Shown here one piece after another: positions 10,383 through 22,310 of a DNA stretch of 64,000 nt. The first letter of the stretch is position 1. Every line of letters starts with the position of its first letter. The notes beneath the pieces are model-generated. The model had not been told where the DNA came from, made no database searches, and saw only the letters and a program-made list of their open reading frames with translations. Source of the stretch: Balanoglossus misakiensis (taxonomy: Eukaryota > Animalia > Hemichordata); contig CM082595.2 of the NCBI GenBank assembly GCA_040954595.2, positions 4,986,137-5,050,136 on the forward strand, read 5' to 3'. The translations under genes were made by a program, and so were the position numbers.

Positions 10383-13300
10383 TTAGGTGAAAGCAGACGT
10401 CCTGGGTATATTGGCCGCAGTCGAGTTGGGAGCCGTGTTGGCCGCAGTCGGGAGGTCGCTGCTGCTCGTCGTCGCAGCCGCGGTCTTCACCAGGGACTGC
10501 ATCGCGCTCTTGCTGTCCATGTAACTCATGGCCATCAGCGGCAGGTCGATGCCCCGCGACACCTGCGGCGGCATGGGCCGGGAGAACATCATGGGCACCA
10601 CCCCCCGCGGGTCGTTCCCCAGACCGTGGAGGCCCACCGACGAGGGGTTCGTCACGCCGGGCATGGGGAGGCCGCCCCGCGACGGCGGCATGAGTCCAAT
10701 GGCCGCCCGCATGTCCGGCAGCTGCGACATCATGGGAACGTTCAAAATCGGGTGTTTGGACGATTTGGACGTGACGGTGAAGTTCCCCGGCATCGACGAG
10801 GCCACCGAGAAAATATTGGACAGAGCGAGATCGGCTTGGTCGGGGTTTTCCGATTTCACATTGTTCGTCTGCGACTGAGTCGCGCTGTCGTTCGACGGGT
10901 TGTTATTCGAGTGTCGTTTTTGCACGTGCCGCTCCAGATAGGCCTGCTGCGTGAACTTCTTGCCGCACACATTACACAGGAACTCCCTCGCGAACTGCGG
11001 CTCCGACGGGTGCTTCAGCATGTGCTTCATGAGGTACGACTCCTGCGTGTAGGACTTGCCGCAGATGCCGCAGGGGTACTTCTTGTCGTGGCGCGTGTTG
11101 GCGTGCGAGGGCACGTGCGCCTGCAGCGCGGCCATGTCGGCGTACACCCGGTAGCAGTGGGGGCACTTGAAGGGCTTGTCCTTGTTGTGGCGCCGAGAGT
11201 GCTGCTGCAGGTTGGCCAGCTGCGAGAAGGCCTTGCCGCAGCCGGGGATGCTGCACTGGTACGGCTTCTCCCCCGTGTGCGTCCGCGTGTGCTGCTGCAG
11301 GTGCGACAGCTGCTTGAACGCCTTGCAGCACCGCCCGCACTGGTAGGGCTTCTCGTTGGTGTGCACCCGCGTGTGCTGCGACAGGTACGAGGAGTTGGCG
11401 AACGTCTTGTCGCAGTGCGTGCACTTGTAAGGCTTGTTCTCCGCGTGCGACCGCGCGTGCCGCTGCATGTCCGACTTGGTGTAGTAGACGTGCGGGCAGA
11501 TCTTACACTTGTACTCCCGGTTCATCGCCACGTCCTGCACGTTGCCCCCCACAAACACCGGCTGCGGCACCTGGATCATCGACGAATTCTTCGGCCGACC
11601 CCTCTGCCGCTTGGATACCTCCCCGGGAGACGGCGACTGATTCCGATGGTTCGTGGCAATCTCCCCCGGCGAGTTCACAGACGTGGGCGAACCCGACTGG
11701 CTACTGTTGTTGAAACTGTTGTTTTGAACGTAGCGAGACTGTTCTTGACTAGCCGACTGGCTCAGATGGTGAGCTGCTTGCTGCGAGTTGATGGAAGCCA
11801 GGAGATTGCTGTGGTCGTTCGGGTTGCCTTGGTGACTTGGGCATTCGTTCATTTCATGATTGATCTGAGCCATGGCATTTGGAAATATACGGTTACACTT
11901 GGAGCACGAAAAACCTAGAGGAGTGAAAAAGTGCATTGTTTAAGTGATTTTTATTTTACTTTGTATAGAGACATTTCAATTTGACATTACACTGGAGAGG
12001 ATTGAAAAGGTAAAGTTGTTTGCAACCACATACATGTACACACAATTCTACACATACTGTCATAACCTAGAGTGTTAAATCATATAATCACTTTCTGTAT
12101 TGTATAATAGTTACACAGCTTCCAAGTATAGGTAATGCCTGCCTTTGAGTATATACGTATCTACATGTATATAAAATATGACCAAAGCATCCTTCTTCTG
12201 GCTGGCTGCCAATGCATTTGCATAAATATGAAACAATTCTTGTACACCCTGACTTCACAGTGGAAAGCATTGCCAAGCCCATATCTCTTTGACTTATCTG
12301 TCTATGCATAGATCTAACCATGCCACTGTTGTACTGACAACCAAATAAGTTTGAAAGTGGTAACCTTACGCAGATGTAGACAGATATCACAACCACCCAG
12401 CAAATACTACAGGTAAATTTGCAGGCCCCTGTTCCTTAGGAAGTCATTTTACCTGCCAGTACTATTCTACATTTATCATTAATACACAAGTGTTTTTCCT
12501 AAGGCAGCTGGTCGATATACTTTATGTGTGTGAAAAATAAGTAGAAATTGATTAATATAATTACTTGTGTTATGCGCATCACTGAGTATCCTACGAGAAT
12601 TTTCTGCAAAGAGCACTGGATACAACCATTGTGTTTGATACTTACTATCGCCCACCAGTTTTCTCGTTTCTCCCGGCGAATTTCTGCCATTCAGGCTATT
12701 GTCCTGTTAGAAGTGAAACAAAATATAAATACAGTCAAACCCCTGTGTTAGTGGCCACCCCTATATAGCGGTCACCTCAACATAGTGGCCACTTTGTTAC
12801 AGTCCCTGTGCAATTCACATGTGTGTTTATTAATTAACCTCTAAATATAAAGGTCAACTCTCTATAAAGGCCAGTTTAGGAAAGTCCCTTGACTGGCCAC
12901 TATAGACAGGTTTGTCTGTATATCAAAGCTGAAATTTCACACCCATAGCAGTTAATCTCGTAAATGGTTAGTAGCTTGAAGATGATCGTGTAGCTGCAAT
13001 ATCACAGTCAAACCTGTGTTAGTGGCCACCTCTATATAGTGGCCACTCTGTCACAGGCCCTGTACAATTAACATGTGCATTAATTAATCTGTCCATAACG
13101 GCCAGTTTAGGAATGTCCTTTGACTGGCCATTATAGACAGTTTTAACTGAAAATCATCATCACTGCTATGATTCAAGTTACATACATCTACATGGAAATA
13201 TGCAATATGCATGGAAGCTGTACACTATACTTAAGAAATGAATATATTAACATATTCTGGGTTCATACACAAAGAAAGTCAAAATTGTTACGAGTTTTAC

Positions 13301-13556
13301 CAAGGGATATTCAATCAGTTTTAGTGTTAAAATTGGCAATATCCAGGAGTGACTGTGTGATAATTGCCGACATTTTGACAGAATATATTTTGTGAGTAAC
13401 TTTGATCCTGGAGTGGTTTCAAATGCTGGAACTTCACAGTCTGAGTGTATGAACTCTCTGGAGATGTTTCACGTTTGCTTTTACCTGCAGTGCACTTGGT
13501 TGCCATCCAAACATTGGACCGCTGTTAGTATGATCAACAACAACAGATTCTGCCAT
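10383..13556 (-). CDS. ZNF362: C2H2 zinc-finger transcription factor of the ZNF362/ZNF384 (rotund/LIN-29) family, ~553 aa
   Basis: Exons 13556-13485, 12703-12646, 11914-10383 (GT-AG, phases consistent). Finger array with family signatures FANSSYLSQH, QLSHLQQHTR, HNKDKPFKC and YTQESYLMKHM; N-terminus MAES...PMFGWQP. It is a co-ortholog of vertebrate ZNF362/ZNF384, so the symbol is approximate. Confidence 0.88.
12732..13149. mobile_element. Two adjacent Tc1/mariner (pogo/Tigger-like) MITE copies, 12732-12918 and 13005-13149
   Basis: Termini ta|cagtcaaacc ... ggtttgtctg|ta with internal gtggccac repeats; the second copy is more degenerate. Confidence 0.7.
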
Positions 13557-14299
13557 TGCTATTCACCATAAACAATTGATTCTTGCGAAGACCTGCCCAA
13601 GACAAGAAGAATGAGACAATAAACAATCAGTTCTTAATTGTAAACATTCAGTACAGTACGTCTTTCAATAACATAGTGAAATTATAGTACCCATGTGTGT
13701 GCTTGGGGGTGTGGCTTCGAAATTTCAAACTGCTTAACATGTTTATACATTTACACCTGGGATCATGATTGAATATCTGAACCAATAAAATAAGACAATA
13801 GAGCTAATGGGACAAATAACGATCAGTTATCAATGTCACCCAGGTGTAGTCTAATTGGGGGGTGTCGTTGACAACTTGACATCACACGACAAACATACTG
13901 TACACGTACACTGTGTTATTTCACATTCTTTCGACCACAATATCAACTTGCCTGACTATGAATGTCTGGCTGGCGACTGTATCCTTGTGCAACAATGCAA
14001 GTACATGTAAACCATTGTAAACGTTTTCCGATACTAATCGTTCAGTCACTTTCCCTTACAGTGTGTACATACATGCAACTGATGTACACCTTTGCTCAAA
14101 CCCTGCAACTCCAGGTTGCTATTGAACTAGATCGCAGTCGACAAGCTGGTATTACGCAAGTATATGAACTATAGGATGTGATGAATGAGATCAACACAAT
14201 GTGGCACAGACCGGCGCGCCAGACAGACCTGTCACAATAATTACTGATCAGTCCAACTTGCACAGTGCCACTGCATAGTGATCTCAGTCACTCACGATA

Positions 14300-14870
14300 A
14301 TCTCCCTACCTTCGTTGTTCAGCTCACGGGTGTCGCGGAATTATTGCAAAGAAATCCAAGCAATTCGTCTAGCAACCGAGATATATTGCAGGACTACGCG
14401 AAAATAGCGGTTTAAAGGAAATTGTGCAACACCGACCTTGTAAAAGCAGGTATCTTTTGGCTTCAATGAAAATTCAATAAAGACAGCTCCACAGTGTCGG
14501 CCATTTTTTGACGAAATTTCCCACAATCCATTGCAAATAAACAAAGATGATTATGAATATGAATAGAATCTGCTCTAAAATGCAATGATTTAATATTTTC
14601 TGGTCTGACACATCAAATGGTTCAAATTTTATTTTATTTCGTTCATTTCTAGGCTGCGAATGTTTCTAATTATAAACACGGTCTTTCCAGACGCTACACT
14701 TTGAGGAGAGAAAGCACCGACAAGCGAATTATTGAGGTCAAAGTAGGTCACGCAATACACGTGTGTGTAGTGTACAGCCCCACACCACTGAAATAAGGTT
14801 GTAAGCAAGACGATCGAAGAGCTAGAATTTCTCAAGTGACAGTCGAGCTAGATAACCTATTTACTGGTAA
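14300..14870. promoter_or_regulatory. Probable bidirectional promoter with non-coding first exons of the ZNF gene (-) and RRM gene (+)
   Basis: Minus-strand donor aag|gtaggg near 14310, plus-strand donor ctg|gtaagc near 14867, YY1-type motif cggccatttt at 14498-14507, and locally more CpG. Confidence 0.5.
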
Positions 14871-15202
14871 GCTTTTGTTGATGAGTCTGTGTCGTACTTA
14901 GCTAGTGTGTCCAATGCGATCAGAGTTTGTGGCGCCTGTCAGTGTACATATATTGATGGACGCGGACGGTGCAGTTTAAATGCCAGGGGCCAGGAGCATC
15001 GATAATATTGGATAATGTACAATCACTCAACCCACTTTGTATAATAATCCAGACATTGTTCTGAACAGAAATCTTAGCTGTCAGAACGCCACAGGGGCAA
15101 ATTTCACGCTCACGTATACTGCAATCTTTGTAAGATGTCTAAATCCCAATGAAACATACATATTTTTCATTCTCTTTTACTTTTAGATCCCTTAAAGACC
15201 CA

Positions 15203-18047
15203 ATGGATTCAAAGACCAAGACACCTGCTAGTGGTAGAAAGAAAAGGGTAATACATGTATACGTATAATCAATTAAAGCATAATGGTTGAAGTGGGACTG
15301 TATGTACATGTATTAAAAAGTTACAGTACATTGACAATCCCCTATATACAGCACGCACACTAGCTGCAATTATTGTAGCCTTGGTAGGTTGGTTGATTGC
15401 TGACAGGCCCACCAGGGGTCGTCAGCGATCAAGCCCCCCGTCAGGGATCAACCAACCCACCAAGGCTACAATAATTGCAGCTACATGCACACATGCATGC
15501 ATTTGATATATATATATACTTCATACTCTACTCTGTTTGGGGTATCATTGCCACGTTTGGTGGGTGCAGTATTTTCGGACTGATACACACTATCACTTAT
15601 GTCTTGCACCCGTATGGTGGTTTTCATCATTCTACAGAAGAGCGGAGTGGTCACACCAAAGATGGCTACGCCAGTGGCAAAGGAAGCAGGAAGTACTGGA
15701 AACAAAAGTGCAAAGAAGAAAAAGAAGGTCGAGAATCAAGCGGAAGAGTCCGCAGCCAAGGTGCTGTCCTCGCAGCTGCAGAAAAACGGCCACTTAGCGA
15801 CGACACCCAAAGCAGGGACCGACGAAATCCAGAAAAAGAAGAGAACGCCAAGATCGAGCAGAAAGAGGGGCAAGAAAGATGAGAGCAAGGAGGAGGAAGA
15901 CCATGATGATTCCTTAGTGATATCATTCCCCAAGATCCAGACATCAACCCCCAAAGTTGCGACACTGGACACTACAGAGGATCTAGAAGGTGCACAACCG
16001 AGGCCGGAAACAAGCAAGAGCAAAACAAGGAAAAGGAAATCAACCGGAAAAAGGGCAGCAGAGCCGAGTGTCGGTGCGTCACCAGCCTTGGAGAAGGAAA
16101 ACGTCAGAGCAAGTTCGAGGAAGCGAAAGATTGCCACAGTCACGGTAGAAGAAGGATCAGTTGAAGTAAAAGAGACCAAGAAGCAGTCGGCCAAAAACAC
16201 GGTCGTCAAATCGAATCTGGACAGTAAAGAGAAAAAAGAATCTGTGACTGAAAAGAAAATCAACGATGAAGAGAAGACGAGAAAGAGATCAGCAGCTGAA
16301 AATACAGAGAAGAGTTCTGGAAGTAAAAAACAGAAACTTGGCAAGTAATATTATACTCATAGTGCAATATTACTTTTTATGGCATATTTTTGTTAAACTA
16401 TAAAGTAGTTTCAGTACCTCCTCAGAATTTGTGCTATAGACATATTTACATGTGATGCCCATTGATACACAGTGTACGAGTTAAAACGTATCACTCAACT
16501 GAATTTCATTTTTTTTTTTTTTCTGCTTTTCAGATAACAAATACCATGTCTATTGTGGAAATCTGCCAAAAGGCATTTCCAAGGAAACTCTGTACTATTT
16601 CATCGGTGAAAATAATGTTTTTCCTGAAATCCGGCTGGTTAAGACACAGAAGAAGTCGCCCAAGAACAAAAATATGAAGCGTATGCGAGTACAGTATGTA
16701 TTTGAACAACAATGCATTTTTTTAAATTATGTATTTTAACAGCAGCAATTCAGAATATGCCACTCTGATTTTCCATTTCAAAAATATTTCAAATTGACAT
16801 TTAAAATGGCCGCTCATCTCCATGGTAACTCTATCAGGAAAATTTAAATGTTAAATTTGAGATATTTTTTGTCTCTCATTCAAAATTGTGGATAGTGACT
16901 CATAATTTTCATTCTCAATTGTGCGAGAAGTTGCTCATGACAAAATATGAGAAAAAGTTTTTAAGACTTTGATTTTTAAGGTGCCTACCACCGGAACTCC
17001 TGAACTCAAATTTTGGTTTGATGTTTTTTTCTACAGTCATGCAATTCTGACGTGTAACTCATGGGAAGACGCAGAATCCATTGTCAGTCTCAATCAAATC
17101 AGCATGCCATCGCCAACGGTCAAAGAAGAAAAAAAACTTCAAATTCGTCATATCAGGAAAAATGAAATCAGTAAGTCTAAAAAAACAAAACACTCATACC
17201 TGTTTTCATCATTATTACCGTAAGTCCAATCAGAAAAGAAAAAGTCTTCAGATTTTTTTTGAGTGCAAGCGATTGATCCAAACAAATTTCTCATTGATGG
17301 TGAATTACAGTAACAAGTAAATGATATTTTCTGATTTGGACCCTGTCACCACCATGGTTTAGTCCAACTCCATTGTTTTCAGTGGAATATTGGACTTTAT
17401 TACAGGGAACCGGGGGGTTGGAAAGGTTAAGGGGAGGGGAGTACAGTGCATCGGGTCTTTTGTTTCTAATAATCAATTACGTTCTACGGACAATGTTTTT
17501 GTTGGTTGTACCTACTGAAATGTTCAGGGCACGGTGATGAAATTCTCTCTTTCTTCACAGACGACTGCAAACTGTACATGGGTAACCTCGCACAGGACAC
17601 AGAGGAATCTCACATCGAGACATTCTTCAAAGGTCATGACCTTTGCCCTGACAAGGTCGTGGTCATGCGAAGTAAGAAGAAGCAGATCTGTAAAGGGTAA
17701 GAAGTTGAATTGAAAGTTGCGTGATGTCTTTGGGGCATGACAGGGTTAGTTTAGTGGGGAGGTGTTATTGTTAAGAAAAGAGAAAAAATTGGCTGAAATT
17801 CCCTAACTCATGTGTGAGATTCTATTAATCTCTTGAACCCTTCATTTGTTCTCCAATAAACTGATTTTGGAACAAATAAAGAAACGTGAGCTAACAAGTG
17901 CTTTTTTTCCCCAACAGGTTTGGTTTTGTTTGGTTTGCGAGTTCCCCCGAAGCAGAGAGTGCAGTGAAGTTGAACGGAAGCAACATCAACAACCAAGCAG
18001 TTCGTATAGAGCATCTCAAGAAGAAGGATCAAGAGACAGACTACTAG
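15203..18047 (+). CDS. Lys/Glu-rich N-terminus plus two RRMs; nucleolar-type RNA-binding protein (RBM34/Nop12-like architecture), ~435 aa
   Basis: Exons 15203-15247, 15638-16340, 16534-16693, 17037-17170, 17561-17696, 17918-18047 (1308 nt). RNP2 motifs VYCGNL and LYMGNL, RNP1 KGFGFVWF, AATAAA near 18089. Intron 2 needs a GC donor. Confidence 0.8.
15361..15483. mobile_element. Hairpin MITE with TA ends
   Basis: tagctgcaattattgtagccttgg...ccaaggctacaataattgcagcta; long terminal inverted repeats. Confidence 0.8.
17338..17430. mobile_element. ~90-bp piggyBac-type MITE copy
   Basis: ccctgtcaccaccatggtttagtccaactccattgttttc...gaaaggttaa; reverse-orientation member of the 20352 family. Confidence 0.6.
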
Positions 18048-18856
18048 CCTATTTCTTTTCAGCTTTCTATCTTTCCGCTTTTATTCAGAAATAAAGAGAA
18101 ATTTGAACGTTACTAGTGTGTTCGTGTAGTCTTATATATTCTGTCAATTTCACATCACACCAGATTTCGAACTATTGATTTTCAGTATACAAGGGTTTAT
18201 ATACTCCAGAAAAAATACAAAGTTGAAAACTGATGTTCCCTTCTTGAAAATATCACAAATTTGAGTTAGCCCGACTGTCATGAAATGATGATGGCAAGGG
18301 GAAATGATGAAAACTGTCACATCAGGAAAATTTCACTTTTGATCTCAAGAACTTTGATGAGAAAGTCTGTGGAAAGGTTATTTCAGTGCAAAAGTCTGAA
18401 CATGATGCAGTTCCAATACAATTATTATTTGTCGAAAATTCTCAAATTCCCCCACCTCCCATCCCAGTGCCTTTACTCACGTACTGTACGTGGCAATCGA
18501 GTTCGACGTTCGAGTTTCGCCCATGAGGGCGCACAAGATGTCGCTGTACTCACACATTATCAAATGGGCGTGGCACTTGGGTCGTTCTTCAAATACAGAG
18601 CGTGTAAAGGTCGTGTTGGTTCCGCGGACATCTTCGTCAACGGAACAGCACAGTCTGGAATCATTGCAGCCAGGTTCTGCGCAGCTACTAGGTACGTATA
18701 TTATTTGTAATTCACGTCATGGTACAGCGAACAAAAAGAACAAACGGCGTACTAAATGTGTAGAGAGGCTGTCAAATATTCAACGCCCGGGTCAACAATT
18801 CATCGTACATTATCCAGCTCCATGCACCATGCATATTGAACATCTGTACATATAAC

Positions 18857-18918
18857 GTAATTGACCAATCACAAGTGCCTGTGTCTTAAGTGTGGGAAAG
18901 TAATTGACCAATCACAAT
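18857..18918 (+). promoter_or_regulatory. Duplicated CCAAT (NF-Y-type) boxes upstream of sialyltransferase paralog 2
   Basis: gtaattgaccaatcacaa occurs twice, 43 bp apart; a further ctgattgg lies near 19158. Confidence 0.35.
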
Positions 18919-19373
18919 TGTCGGGGTCTAAATTAATTAGCCAAATAGTGACGATCGCTCGCACTGCAATTTCTGTTTTTGCTGACACACAGTCTGGTCA
19001 ACACTTTTAGTATTTAATCGTAGCGATTTTCATTTGTCGCGACAAGGCCCATATTGACAATGTACACACGTTGCCCCAGACTCTCTGTTGGGGGCGCTAT
19101 TCACTTCCGTCTGCAGAAGAGGTCATGAGGTCATGTGCCTTTTATTTTTAACCGCCTCTGATTGGTTAAAACTTTTTATTAGGGCCTTCCTCAATTGTGA
19201 ATACCACAAGCAAACTCAACGGCTGACGAAAGCTAAATTTGAACAAACAGAACATGACATATTTGATTGCTCGTTTCATTTTTTTCCTGCAGAATATGGC
19301 AAACTCAAGCACAGGATAAATGCTTCTGGAAATACAGAAGCCAAATTTAAAGTGTTAGCTTGGCTTTTTTGGA

Positions 19374-21117
19374 ATGGAAAAGAAGAACAGTACTGGTACA
19401 TGTTGCCAGATAGTTTTCATATTCATCATCATTGTGGCCGTGATTGTGTTTTTCCTGACACCCTCCACATCACAATTAACCAGGGTCAATTCCAGTCAAA
19501 ACAAAGATGACAAGGTCAATTCAAGTAAAAATAAGGTCAAAGTCAATGCCAGTCAAAACGAGGAGAAATCTCCCAAAACTCAAAAAGGGGTTCCAGCCAC
19601 AGCCAACCTGCCAGATGTTACGAACCGCAAAATTGCCAAACTCTTACGAGACTATGACCGGAAATTCAACAACAAGTATATCACACCCGCTGATTTACGT
19701 GGTGTGCACTACACTGGCGAGAAGGGCGTGGCGGCTAGTGGGCGCCAACTCACATGCACCTTCAAGGAGCGACACAGACTCGTTACTTTAAATAAGATGA
19801 CAACTCCGTACCGGGAAATGGGACTAGCGAAGCACTTCCCGAGTGACAGTGGGTTTGAAACTCTGGAAGGAAGATTTCACAATTGCGCGGTGGTTGGCAG
19901 TTCAGTTTACATGAAGGGATCTACCCTGGGTGCCGAGATTGGTATGTTTTTAATGTTTTAGATTAAAACTCTCAATTATGTATTAAAAGTTCAATTCTCC
20001 GTGATTTAATTCAGGTGTACCAGTCCAAGGTCCTTTTTCATGACCCCTGAGTGACCTTTGTTGCTATGACATCATAATTACCAAATTTGGTGTACTTAGT
20101 ACAATGACGTTTTCTTCAATTTTGCTCCCTGTGCTAGATTCCCATGATGCCGTTCTTCGTTTCAATATCGCTCCCACGGAGGGCTTCGAAAATGACGTCG
20201 GAACAAAAACCACAGTTCGTTTGATTAACAGTCAGGTGCTGGAAGACAGGAATGTCGAGGAGTTCGAGACGAGGATTGGAAACGAAACCTTATTCCTCTG
20301 GAAAGCTGGTCCGTACAATGGAAACTTATACAGGGTAGGTTAACTAGCCTATTAACCCTTTAAACCCCAGTTCCCTGTATAGAGGTCCAACTTAACTATA
20401 GAAAACAATAGATTTGGACCGAACCATTGTGGTTAAAGGGTTAACGCTGTGTTTTTATTTTCAGTGGTTCTTAGAACCAGAGGCCAAGAATTTCTTCAGC
20501 GATTACATAATTTGGGTCCGACGACATCCGCAAAATCGGCCGCACATGATACACCCAGGGTCTTTATGGAGGGCATGGGATTTGATTCAGGAACACAGTG
20601 TATCAAGTATTACCAAGACTCCACCAACATCTGGTTTCACAGGTAGGGACAGCCCATTGTTTATGAAAACAATGTTTTGTCTTTTATGTTTTGTAGCCAT
20701 TTATTGTGATTCAATACTACCTCCGAGCTCGTTCTCGAATCAAAGTTTAATGATACCACAAATTTAGGTTGGTATCAAGAGAAAATTGAAATAGATGAAA
20801 TCAATCAAGGAAACTGTATTCTGTTTGTGTTTGCAAAGGTTACCCCATTCAGTATTGTATGAACACTACTGTTCCTTTCAGGAATACTCATCATGCTCAG
20901 ATTATGCCAGAAGATCGACGTCTACGGCTACATCACACCGGACAACAGCGATTGCCACTATTTCCCAATGGCCTATCCCTGCGCTCCGTTGTCATGGCAC
21001 CCTGTCAGTTTCGAGAAGGCCATCGTTGCGAGAATGAGCGAGGGCGTTCCTCAAGATCCAAGAGCGGAAGAGAAAGGACTGGTTACACTGACTGGCTATC
21101 ACGCTATCACATGTTGA
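19374..21117 (+). CDS. ST6Gal-like sialyltransferase (GT29), paralog 2, 392 aa
   Basis: Exons 19374-19941, 20138-20334, 20465-20642, 20882-21117 (1179 nt). TM IVFIFIIIVAVIVFFL; motifs L CAVVGSSVYM...[10 protein letters not shown]...DVGTKTT, S PPTSGFTGILIMLRLCQKIDVYGY, III CHYF, VS HPVSFE. Confidence 0.92.
20352..20444. mobile_element. Intact ~90-bp piggyBac-type MITE (TTAA-CCC...GGG-TTAA)
   Basis: ttaa|ccctttaa...ttaaaggg|ttaa fills most of the 130-nt intron 2 of paralog 2. Confidence 0.8.
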
Positions 21118-21495
21118 TCATGTGATGTATACACCAAAAAGTGTCACAACTCAAAATAGTGTCAGCGACACTGTGCTTCCATTTTGCCTATCACTGAACA
21201 TTGCAAAGAACCTGCAAACAAATCCATTCAAAGTGTTTTTTGAGAATTACATATTTTTTTGTTATTTACAGCTTATTTAAAGAGGACATCTCATTTAGTT
21301 TAGCATACACAATACCAAGTTGATACATAACCTCAAGCAAGTTTTTATGTGACAATTGATTTGTTCAAGAGAAATATAACGTATTTTGGCAGATTTATGT
21401 GTATTATCGTCGGCCTTACAGAATTCAGCCTTATTTGCCGAGTATGTTATCAACATTAATAAAGTATTAAATCGGTAATAAAGTCTAGTAGTAAT

Positions 21496-21662
<167 letters not shown>

Positions 21663-22310
21663 TGGAACAACATACGTAGAAAAGAATTCACTGTGGGCTC
21701 TAGGGCAAGCCACCAACTGTGGTGAATTTGAAAATAGTCAAGACAGATTTACTGAGAATGGAACAGTGTATTTATTTAAGTAAATGTGGCTAAGTTATAC
21801 ACTTGCAATGCATACGCCAAGAAATAAATCTCAACAGAGGTCCAACTTTGCCATTAAATACAGTGGATTTGGACCAAACCACAGTGGGGAAAGGTTTAAA
21901 CCTCGTATAGACCAATTTAACGAATAGAATTTTCATTTTGCTCCCCACGGGGCATCATCCATCAACCGTAAAGGTAGTCTGGCCTCCTTCCCCATTTCTA
22001 CCGCATGGCTGCGCTGTGCTGTAATTCGAAGGCCTATTAACTACGACTGTCATTGGACAATAAATACGATGGCAGTGATTGGGTGAAACTCTTTTTGACA
22101 TGGCGCTACATTCGTTCAAAGTTGAAGTACGTTTGCCAGACAGAATATACTTCGGCGAAGTGGGATTCGAAAGATTCGTTATCGCACTCTGCTTATAAGC
22201 TAAAGCGACTAGTCTGCCAAAGACAAGCATCCGGCCTGCGGACCTTGGAAGCGGCCATATTGCTGCACGTGCTTGCTGCGCGTGCGTAGTCTGGGACCAC
22301 CAGCCCACCA

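Noticed and set aside
10528-11918. 430-aa plus-strand ORF and other overlapping frames
   Set aside because: Antisense or alternate-frame shadows of the GC3-rich zinc-finger exon; no motif, and the Arg/Leu/Val bias is as expected.
15736-16344. 202-aa hydrophobic minus-strand ORF
   Set aside because: Antisense of the purine-rich Lys/Glu exon.
18285-18855. Two overlapping 120-140-aa ORFs
   Set aside because: No recognisable domain. A donor at ~18692 and an acceptor at ~19292 suggest a non-coding 5' exon of paralog 2.
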